A DNA stretch of 55,010 nucleotides from Candidatus Delongbacteria bacterium (GTDB lineage: Bacteria; UBA4055): positions 1 through 55,010 of the forward strand of contig JAFGVM010000006.1 of NCBI GenBank assembly GCA_016937995.1. Reading direction: 5' to 3'. Below are positions 1-7,717 of the stretch, in pieces (the first letter of the stretch is position 1; every line of letters begins with the position of its first letter). Below the pieces are notes generated by a model that had not been told where the DNA came from, did not search any database, and saw nothing but the letters and a program-made list of their open reading frames with translations. The translations under genes were made by a program, and so were the position numbers.

Positions 1-21
1 AATCCGGAAGTGATAAAATGA
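1..21 (+). CDS. Possible 3' end of an upstream gene (NPEVIK*), perhaps pyrK
   Basis: Frame 1 reads NPEVIK-TGA and precedes repeats, a terminator and pyrD. Too short to identify. Confidence 0.2.
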   Translation, partial: NPEVIK

Positions 22-101
22 AGAAATATTTACTACCGCGTAACACTTGGTTACTTCTCAGGGGACAAATGTCACTAATGTAAATAAAATCGTAAAAATA
101 A

Positions 102-156
102 GACCCTGAATCGAGTTCAGGGGGACGAATTGAGAACAAGGGGTTCCAACCCCTTG
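102..156. repeat. Two adjacent REP-like palindromes
   Basis: gaccctgaa-tcgag-ttcagggggac (102-126; related copy atcctgtaataaattcaggacgac at 5337-5360) and caaggggtt-cc-aaccccttg (137-156). Confidence 0.6.
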
Positions 157-188
157 CGATAAGGAATAAATAATCTACCTTTACAACC

Positions 189-214
189 AAGAGTCGCATT
201 TGCGGCTCTTTTTT
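189..214 (+). terminator. Rho-independent terminator
   Basis: aagagtcgc-attt-gcggctctt stem followed by a T run. Confidence 0.7.
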
Positions 215-375
215 ATGCTTAAGAAAATCACTCTAAAATCCCATTATTAATATTATTACTTGCTTTTTAGCCATATATATTTATATTTAGCATAAATTAA
301 TTATGGATATAGATATAAGTACATACACTCACGATCGTGAAAAAATAATCAAAAATATTTTATTTAGGACTTTTT

Positions 376-1293
376 ATGGCTAAAACTACCGTAAATATTG
401 GGAACAATATTAAATTGAAAAATCCCATTATGACTGCTTCAGGAACTTTTGGGTATGGAGACGAATATACTGAACTTTATGATATTGGTGACCTTGGAGG
501 TATTGTAACTAAAGCTATTACGCCGGAATTAAGGATCGGAAATCCTTTACCACGTATTGCTGAAACAGAATACGGTATGTTGAATTCAATCGGATTGGCT
601 AATCTTGGCCTTGATGATTTTATATCTAAAAAAATACCGGTCATTGAAAATTTTAAGACTATTGTATTCGTAAATGTTGCCGGTAAAGAACTGAAAGATT
701 ATATCATGGTAGCGGAAAAACTTAATGAAATTGACTGCATTGACGGGATAGAAGTAAATATTTCATGTCCAAACGTCAAAGAAGGTGGAGTTGCTTTTGG
801 AACTGATCCAAAAGTTGCTGCCGAAGTTACTAGAGAAGTCAGAAAGGTTTATAGTAAGCACATGATGGTAAAGTTGTCACCTAACGTTACTGACATTACC
901 ACTATTGCAAAGGTTGTTGAGGATGCCGGGGCAGACTCATTATCATTGATAAATACTCTTTTCGGTATGGCTATAGATACCAAAACCTTCAAACCTAAAG
1001 TAAGATCAATTGTAGCTGGATATAGTGGTCCGGGTATTAAACCGGTAGCATTGCAGGCTGTATACAAATGCTCAAAAGCAGTAAAGATCCCATTGATAGG
1101 AATGGGTGGAATAACTTCTGCCGATGATGTTATTGAATTCCTGCTGGCAGGAGCTACTGCTGTACAGGTAGGAACTGCTAATTTTACAAATCCTTTAGCC
1201 GCTTTGAATATAGTGAAGGATTTGAAAGAAATAATGAAAGACAGGAACATTTCAGATATAAAATCACTTATCGGAGGAATGAAACTTGACTAA
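376..1293 (+). CDS. pyrD: Dihydroorotate dehydrogenase, family 1B catalytic subunit
   Basis: Motifs ASGTFG, NSIGLAN, NISCPNVK, KLSPNV, GPGIKP, GATAVQVGTA. Confidence 0.95.
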   Translation: MAKTTVNIGNNIKLKNPIMTASGTFGYGDEYTELYDIGDLGGIVTKAITPELRIGNPLPRIAETEYGMLNSIGLANLGLDDFISKKIPVIENFKTIVFVNVAGKELKDYIMVAEKLNEIDCIDGIEVNISCPNVKEGGVAFGTDPKVAAEVTREVRKVYSKHMMVKLSPNVTDITTIAKVVEDAGADSLSLINTLFGMAIDTKTFKPKVRSIVAGYSGPGIKPVALQAVYKCSKAVKIPLIGMGGITSADDVIEFLLAGATAVQVGTANFTNPLAALNIVKDLKEIMKDRNISDIKSLIGGMKLD

Positions 1294-2476
1294 CTACGAT
1301 GAAAAATATCTCAAACGTGGTGCCAGTGCTTCAAAAAGTGAAGTTCATACAGCTATAAAAAACACCGATAAGGGAATATTCCCCGGTGCTTTTTGTAAAA
1401 TAATTGAAGATAAACTGGGTAATGACCCTGACTATTGTAATATCATGCATGCTGACGGGGCGGGGACGAAATCATCTCTGGCATATATTTACTATAAAGA
1501 AACAGGTGATATCTCTGTTTTTCGAGGGATCGCTCAGGATTCGTTAATCATGAATATTGATGATGTTATCGCTGTAGGTGCTACTGATAATATGCTTTTT
1601 TCAAATACTATCGGAAGAAATAAACATCTTGTCTCAGGTGAGATAATTGGTGAAATAATAGATGGATACGAACAAGTTCTTTCAATGCTGAATAATAACG
1701 GTATAGGCATTTACAGCTGTGGTGGTGAAACTGCAGATGTGGGAGATCTTGTGAGAACAGTTATCGTTGATTCTACTTTATCAGCCAGAATGAAAAGATC
1801 AGATGTAATAGATAACGAAAATATCGTACCCGGAGATGTTATTATAGGATTGGCATCTTACGGTCAGGCAACCTATGAAGATCGATACAATTCCGGAATG
1901 GGATCAAATGGTCTAACTTCTGCAAGACATGATGTCTTCACTGATATATACATTGAAAAATATCCCGAATCTTATGCTGATGCTACCGACAAAGAATATA
2001 TTTATTGCGGAAAATATAAATTGACCGATGATTTCGGACATGGCGGCTTAACTGTTGGAGAGGCTGTATTATCTCCGACCAGAACTTATGCTCCGGTATT
2101 AAAAAAGATATTTGATAAAATTGGTAGAGATAAAATTCATGGTATAATTCATAACAGTGGTGGTGGGCAGGTCAAGTGCAGGTCATTTGGTAAAGGTGTT
2201 CACTACATAAAAGACTCAATGATCGAAATTCCGCCTTTGTTTGAACTGATAAAAGAATCTTCAGGTACTGATTATCCTGAGATGTATCAGGTTTTTAACA
2301 TGGGAAGCAGAATGGAATTTATCGTTCCGGAGGATCTTGTTGAAAAAATAATAGCGATTGCAGGATCATTTGCAATTGAAGCAAAAACTATTGGCAGAGT
2401 TGAGAAAAATCCGGACAGTGATACTTCTAACAAAGTTACTATTACAGCACCTGACGGAAGAGAGATCATATATTAA
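1286..2476 (+). CDS. purM: Phosphoribosylformylglycinamidine cyclo-ligase (AIR synthase), Bacteroidota-type
   Basis: MHADGAGTKS, GGETADVGD, GSNGLTSARH, LSPTRTY, VFNMG; TTG start overlapping the pyrD stop. Confidence 0.93.
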   Translation: MTNYDEKYLKRGASASKSEVHTAIKNTDKGIFPGAFCKIIEDKLGNDPDYCNIMHADGAGTKSSLAYIYYKETGDISVFRGIAQDSLIMNIDDVIAVGATDNMLFSNTIGRNKHLVSGEIIGEIIDGYEQVLSMLNNNGIGIYSCGGETADVGDLVRTVIVDSTLSARMKRSDVIDNENIVPGDVIIGLASYGQATYEDRYNSGMGSNGLTSARHDVFTDIYIEKYPESYADATDKEYIYCGKYKLTDDFGHGGLTVGEAVLSPTRTYAPVLKKIFDKIGRDKIHGIIHNSGGGQVKCRSFGKGVHYIKDSMIEIPPLFELIKESSGTDYPEMYQVFNMGSRMEFIVPEDLVEKIIAIAGSFAIEAKTIGRVEKNPDSDTSNKVTITAPDGREIIY

Positions 2477-2477
2477 T

Positions 2478-2524
2478 TATCCCGACGGGATATAACAACC
2501 TTAACCGCAGGTTTCAACCTGCGG
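2478..2524. repeat. REP-like palindrome pair
   Basis: tatccc-gac-gggata plus ccgcaggtt-tc-aacctgcgg; both units recur at 36265-36312. Confidence 0.65.
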
Positions 2525-2533
2525 AGACAAAAA

Positions 2534-3121
2534 ATGAAACTTAATGATAGAAATATAATATTAGCTTCAAAATCTCCGAGAAGAAAAGAACTTCTTGAAA
2601 ATATAGGATTAAAATTTTCTGTACGTCCTGCAGATATTGAAGAAGTTCACAGGGGAATCACGGGGTTTGGCGATATCGTTATAGATCTTGCAGAACAGAA
2701 AGCTGAGGCTATCAAAGAAAAAATGTTTCATGAAAGAATGATCATCGCTTCTGATACAATTGTTGTGATCGATGATAAAATACTGAATAAACCTGTTGAC
2801 AGGGATGATGCTTTTAACATGCTAAAACTTCTCAGCGGAAATATTCACAGTGTTTTCACTTCTCTATATGTTTTCGACGGCTACGTAAAAAAAGAGATCA
2901 AAGAATTCACCGAAACTAAAGTAGAATTTTATGAACTTTCAGATGAACAGATTCATGACTATCTTGATACTCATGAACCTTTTGATAAAGCAGGAGCTTA
3001 TGGTATTCAGGGATATGGATCAAAGTTCATAAAAAAGATAGATGGTTGCTTCTTCAGTGTAATGGGATTTCCGATACCGTTATTCTCGCAGAAAATGTAC
3101 AAATTAGGATACAAATTATAA
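2534..3121 (+). CDS. maf: Maf family nucleoside triphosphate pyrophosphatase
   Basis: ILASKSPRRKELL, ASDTIV, KPVD, DKAGAYGIQG. Confidence 0.95.
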   Translation: MKLNDRNIILASKSPRRKELLENIGLKFSVRPADIEEVHRGITGFGDIVIDLAEQKAEAIKEKMFHERMIIASDTIVVIDDKILNKPVDRDDAFNMLKLLSGNIHSVFTSLYVFDGYVKKEIKEFTETKVEFYELSDEQIHDYLDTHEPFDKAGAYGIQGYGSKFIKKIDGCFFSVMGFPIPLFSQKMYKLGYKL

Positions 3122-3122
3122 A

Positions 3123-3311
3123 TTGAAGATCTTCTTTAACATATTTGTTGTTCTGGCTTTAACGATTGTTCTATCCGGTCAGGACTGGAAAGGTCTTGGG
3201 GAACATTGTTTTGAAAACAACGAGTATTTGAAGCTGAATAAGAATAAAGATGGTGACGCACAGGAATTTAGAGAGCAGATCAAAACCTTAGGGTTCGAAC
3301 CAAAATATTAG
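3123..3311 (+). pseudogene. 62-aa secreted mini-protein, probable internally deleted TPR protein
   Basis: Signal peptide, then DWKGLGEHCFENNEY joined to YLKLNKNKDGDAQEFREQIKTL. These segments resemble the start and end of the TPR block of the next gene. Confidence 0.5.
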
Positions 3312-3324
3312 TGCGAGAAATGTT

Positions 3325-4692
3325 ATGAATAAAAAAATATTAGCTTTCATATTGATCCTAGTGATCTCATTGGTTGGTGACAACTCAATCTTGCTTGAAG
3401 ACCAAATAATTACTATCGAATGCATTGGAGTATCTTATATCGGTTCAGGAATAACTGTTGATGATGCTAAGAAATTTGCTGTAAATGATGCTAAAAGAAA
3501 CGCTCTTGAACAAGTTGGAACATACCTTGAATCCAACATAACAGTATTGGATCATATTGTGACTAAGGATGAGATCCAAACTTACACAGCTGGAATTTTA
3601 AAAACAGATATTATATCCACCAAGAAAAAAGTTGTTAACGATGTTTTTGCCATAGAAGTTCAGATCAAAGCACAAATTGACACGAAATTCCTTGATGAGC
3701 GGTTGAGTAATATTTCCAGTGATTCTCAGCTCAAGAAGACTCTTGAAGAGCAGAAAAAACTTAACGATGAACTCACCAGGCAGATCAAAGAACTTAAGAA
3801 GCATAATAAAGGTTTTGAGAAGAACAGTAAAAAAATTGCCCGATCACTTGAATCCGGTGATTGGTTCGAAATGGGGTATGAAGCGTATAAAAAAGAACAG
3901 TATGATGTTGCAGAAAAGTATTATACAAAGGCTATAAAGCTTGATCCTGATATAGCTGTAATATATAACAACAGAGGTCTTGTTTATTTCGCAATGAAAG
4001 AGCATGATAAAGCTATAAAGGACTTCAACAAAGGTATAAAGCTAAATCCTGACTTAGCTATGATCTATAACAACGCAAGTTTGGTATATTATGATCTGAA
4101 AAAGTATGATAATGTTGTCAAATACTTTACCAAAGCTCTAAAAATAGACCCCACACTCGAGGAGGTTTATTATAACAGAGGTTTTGCATACTACAAACTG
4201 AATGATTACCCTAGCTGTATACAGGATCTAAAACAATATTTGAAAATAAGTACCAATAAAAGCGGTGAAGATTATCGGGTAGAACGATTCATTAAAAAAC
4301 TTCAGTCTACTGTAAAGATGCCCGATCTGAAAAATATTAAAGTTGATGATTCCGTTTCAAAGCTCAATAACATTGGCATTACCAAGATAACAAAAGAGCA
4401 GGAATTCAGTGATAATGTTGAGAAAGACATTATAATCAATACGACACCCTCATTTGGAGATGATGCTAACAATGAGGATGGTGTAGTCCTGGTCATAAGT
4501 AAAGGACCTGAAGTGAAATATTCGATAATGCCGGATCTATATAACATGTCCCTTTCAAAGGCAAAACAACTGATAAATGATGCAGATCTAAAAGTCGGCA
4601 AGATCATTGAAGTCACTGATATAGATAAGGGATTCGACAGGATCATAGGGCAGTCAGTAAAAAAAGGTAAAGAAGTTGAACAAGGGACGTAA
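3325..4692 (+). CDS. Secreted protein: LPP20/FlgT-N-like domain, coiled coil, about 4 TPRs, 2 PASTA domains (last PASTA strand cut off by a frameshift)
   Basis: Signal peptide; AxxDAKRNALEQVG; TPR motifs YNNRG and YYNRG; PASTA motifs MPDL...ISKGP. The homologous tail continues in another frame to TAA at 4734-4736. Confidence 0.8.
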   Translation: MNKKILAFILILVISLVGDNSILLEDQIITIECIGVSYIGSGITVDDAKKFAVNDAKRNALEQVGTYLESNITVLDHIVTKDEIQTYTAGILKTDIISTKKKVVNDVFAIEVQIKAQIDTKFLDERLSNISSDSQLKKTLEEQKKLNDELTRQIKELKKHNKGFEKNSKKIARSLESGDWFEMGYEAYKKEQYDVAEKYYTKAIKLDPDIAVIYNNRGLVYFAMKEHDKAIKDFNKGIKLNPDLAMIYNNASLVYYDLKKYDNVVKYFTKALKIDPTLEEVYYNRGFAYYKLNDYPSCIQDLKQYLKISTNKSGEDYRVERFIKKLQSTVKMPDLKNIKVDDSVSKLNNIGITKITKEQEFSDNVEKDIIINTTPSFGDDANNEDGVVLVISKGPEVKYSIMPDLYNMSLSKAKQLINDADLKVGKIIEVTDIDKGFDRIIGQSVKKGKEVEQGT

Positions 4693-4766
4693 TTGATATT
4701 ACAATAAACGTTGAAGCAAAAAATGAAAAATGGTAAGCTTAAGATAAACTATAAGGGAATTAAGCA

Positions 4767-5279
4767 ATGATCTATGAATTTAAAGGTGTAAAACCTGATA
4801 TTGCTGAAGATGTATTTGTTGCACCGTCTGCAGATATTATCGGAAGAGTAAAAATTGCAAAGGGTTCAAGTATTTGGTTCAATGTTACTATCAGGGCAGA
4901 TGTTGATGATGTGATCATTGGTGAAAATGTAAGTATTCAGGATAATTGTTGTCTTCACCAGACCGAGGGGTATCCTTTAGTCATCGGTAATAATGTTACT
5001 GTCGGACATGCAGTTACTTTACACGGGTGTAAAATAGCTGATAATACGTTGATCGGTATGGGAGCTACTGTACTTGATGATGCTAAGATAGGTAAAAATT
5101 CTATCGTTGCTGCGGGTGCTGTGGTGTTGGAACACAAGAAATTTCCGGATTATTCACTGATCGCAGGTGTACCTGCAACGGTTATCAGAAAATTACCTGA
5201 AGATACAGAGGATAAATTGTACAAACACGCATTAAGTTACGTGAATTATGCAAAGGAATATAAAGACAGTGATAAGTGA
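4767..5279 (+). CDS. Gamma carbonic anhydrase family (YrdA-like) hexapeptide-repeat protein
   Basis: IRADVD, IQDNCCLH, VGHAVTLHGC, IAGVPA. Confidence 0.9.
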   Translation: MIYEFKGVKPDIAEDVFVAPSADIIGRVKIAKGSSIWFNVTIRADVDDVIIGENVSIQDNCCLHQTEGYPLVIGNNVTVGHAVTLHGCKIADNTLIGMGATVLDDAKIGKNSIVAAGAVVLEHKKFPDYSLIAGVPATVIRKLPEDTEDKLYKHALSYVNYAKEYKDSDK

Positions 5280-5305
5280 TAAGTGACAAGTTATCAGTTG
5301 TTAGT
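5264..5305. repeat. Degenerate heptamer tandem repeat, about 6 units
   Basis: agacagt gataagt gataagt gacaagt tatcagt tgttagt, overlapping the stop codon. Confidence 0.7.
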
Positions 5306-5435
5306 AGGGTAGTAGTTTACAACATCTGAAGTAAATATCCTGTAATAAATTCAGGACGACAATGTATGGTTGCATCCCTATGGTCGCCGAACATAAGAAA
5401 TGAAATAAAAAATTAAAAAATAAATAGGAGAAACA

Positions 5436-7532
5436 ATGTTTTTTTCAAAGAAAATGAAGCTGGGTGATAAGGAATTGGTCCTCGAATCCGGTAAAATGGC
5501 AAGACAGGCAAATGGTGCAGCAGTTGTAAAATATGGAGACAATATGCTGCTGGTAACAGTATGCGGGAACAAAGAACCTGCAGTAGGATATGATTTTTTC
5601 CCTTTGACTGTTGAATACAGAGAAAAAATGTACGCATCAGGGAAAATTCCAGGCGGATTTATAAAAAGAGAAGCGAGACCTTCAAATAATGAAATTTTAA
5701 GTGCCCGTATAATTGACAGGCCGATAAGACCTTTATTCCCTGAAGGTTTCAAAAATGAAGTTCAGGTGATCTGTAACGTACTCTCATCCGAAGGAAATAT
5801 GATGATGGATACTTTCGGTATTATCGGAACATCTCTTGCTGTTAATCTTTCAGATATTCCTTTTTCAGAACCTGTTGCAGGTATTAGGATCGGACGTTTG
5901 GATGGAGAGCTTATTGCAAATCCAACAACAGACCAGATGAAAAAGTGCGATATCGAACTGGTCCTCAGTGGTGGAAAAGGATTTATTTCTATGGTTGAAG
6001 GTGAATCAAAAGAAATTTCTGAAACTGAACTTTTGGAAGCTGTAGAATTCGGACAAAAGATAATAGACGACATCTGTGATTTTCAGGCAAAGATCATAAA
6101 GGAATTCGGGAAGAAAAAATTTGAATTCGATATCCCAGAAATACCTGATGATATTAAAAAGAAGGTCGTAAAATTATCAAAAAAACAGATCGAAAAATTT
6201 ACAAAAATAAAAATAAAGGAAGAACGTAATGAAGCGAGAAGAATCCTTTATGCAGAAGTTGACGAAGCACTGGCTGAAGAATTTCCTGATCAGAAAAAGA
6301 TCTTCCATGAGATAATGCATGACCTTGAGAAAGATATCGTCAGAGCTAGCATTATCAAGAGTAAAAAAAGAATTGACGGCAGAAAACCTGATGAAATAAG
6401 ACAGATCACTTGCGAACTGGACGTACTTCCAAGAGTACATGGTTCTGCCCTGTTTACCAGAGGTGAAACTCAGAGTCTTGGTGTTTGTACGCTGGGTGGA
6501 GATTCAGATTCTCAGATGGTTGAGAATATTTATCAGAAAGAAGATGAAAAATTCTATCTTCACTACAATTTTCCTCCATTCTCAGTTGGAGAAGTAAAAA
6601 GAATTATGGGTGTATCGAGAAGAGAGATCGGGCATGGACACCTTGCAGAGAGATCTTTTTATCCGGTAATTCCTAATGAAGAAGAATTCCCTTATACTAT
6701 CCGACTTGTATCTGAGATCCTGGAATCTAACGGTTCTTCATCAATGGCATCAGTCTGCTCAAATTCTCTGGCAATGATGGCTGCCGGTGTTCCGATCAAA
6801 AAGCAGGTATCCGGTATTGCAATGGGACTAATCAAAGAAGGTGATGACGTAGTGATCCTTTCTGATATTCTTGGAGATGAGGACCATCTTGGTGATATGG
6901 ATTTCAAAGTAACAGGTACTATGGATGGTATTTGTGCATATCAAATGGATATTAAGATCCAGGGTATTTCCATAGAGATCATGAAGTCTGCTCTTATACA
7001 GGCAAAAGCTGGTAGAGAGCACATTCTCGGTATTATGAATGATACAATTAAAGACTCAAGAGAGAACCTGTCAGAACATGCACCTCGAATACTTAACTAT
7101 AACGTACCAAAAGATGAAGTTGCTTTGTTAATAGGCCCCGGAGGAAAAACAATTAAAGGAATTATCGCTGAATTTGATGTTAAAGTAGATATCAATGATG
7201 ACGGTCTTGTTAAAATATTATCCGATGGAGAAAATGGGGAAAGAGCATTGGAGTATATTAAGAAAATGTTCGCAAAACCTGAAAAAGATATGATCTATGA
7301 TGCTGTAGTAAAATCAGTGAAACCTTTCGGTGCTTTCGTCGAGATATTGCCAAGACAGGAAGGTCTGGTACACGTTTCTGAGATCGCGATCGAAAGAGTC
7401 AATAATATTGATGACTACATAAAAGTAGGTGATGTTATAAGGGTAAAATACCTGGGTAAAGATAAAGAGGGCAGGATAAAACTTGCGAGAAAAGAGTTGC
7501 TGCTGGAAGAAAAGAAGAAAAATGAGAAATAA
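5436..7532 (+). CDS. pnp: Polyribonucleotide nucleotidyltransferase (PNPase)
   Basis: FFPLTVEYRE, RREIGHG, SNGSSSMAS, DHLGDMDFKV, C-terminal KH and S1 domains; SD aggag. Confidence 0.98.
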   Translation: MFFSKKMKLGDKELVLESGKMARQANGAAVVKYGDNMLLVTVCGNKEPAVGYDFFPLTVEYREKMYASGKIPGGFIKREARPSNNEILSARIIDRPIRPLFPEGFKNEVQVICNVLSSEGNMMMDTFGIIGTSLAVNLSDIPFSEPVAGIRIGRLDGELIANPTTDQMKKCDIELVLSGGKGFISMVEGESKEISETELLEAVEFGQKIIDDICDFQAKIIKEFGKKKFEFDIPEIPDDIKKKVVKLSKKQIEKFTKIKIKEERNEARRILYAEVDEALAEEFPDQKKIFHEIMHDLEKDIVRASIIKSKKRIDGRKPDEIRQITCELDVLPRVHGSALFTRGETQSLGVCTLGGDSDSQMVENIYQKEDEKFYLHYNFPPFSVGEVKRIMGVSRREIGHGHLAERSFYPVIPNEEEFPYTIRLVSEILESNGSSSMASVCSNSLAMMAAGVPIKKQVSGIAMGLIKEGDDVVILSDILGDEDHLGDMDFKVTGTMDGICAYQMDIKIQGISIEIMKSALIQAKAGREHILGIMNDTIKDSRENLSEHAPRILNYNVPKDEVALLIGPGGKTIKGIIAEFDVKVDINDDGLVKILSDGENGERALEYIKKMFAKPEKDMIYDAVVKSVKPFGAFVEILPRQEGLVHVSEIAIERVNNIDDYIKVGDVIRVKYLGKDKEGRIKLARKELLLEEKKKNEK

Positions 7533-7544
7533 TTAGATCTTTAG

Positions 7545-7576
7545 ATCGCACTTTAAATGAGTGCGATTTAATTTTC
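7545..7576 (+). terminator. Probable intrinsic terminator after pnp
   Basis: atcgcact-ttaaatg-agtgcgat followed by a T-rich tract. Confidence 0.55.
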
Positions 7577-7717
7577 TTTTTGATTGCATTATTTAATTAA
7601 ATATTTATATTTTTCATTTAATTCGTAATACGTAGTTAAAAGTGTGAACATCTTAATTCGCTTGTACTCAAAAGCGACTAAGTTAATTATGAAAATTATT
7701 TAAAATAAGATCGTAAT

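Noticed and set aside
22-375. PyrR-type attenuator or riboswitch upstream of pyrD
   Set aside because: The hairpins match dispersed REP-like repeats plus an ordinary terminator; no PyrR-binding loop consensus is visible.
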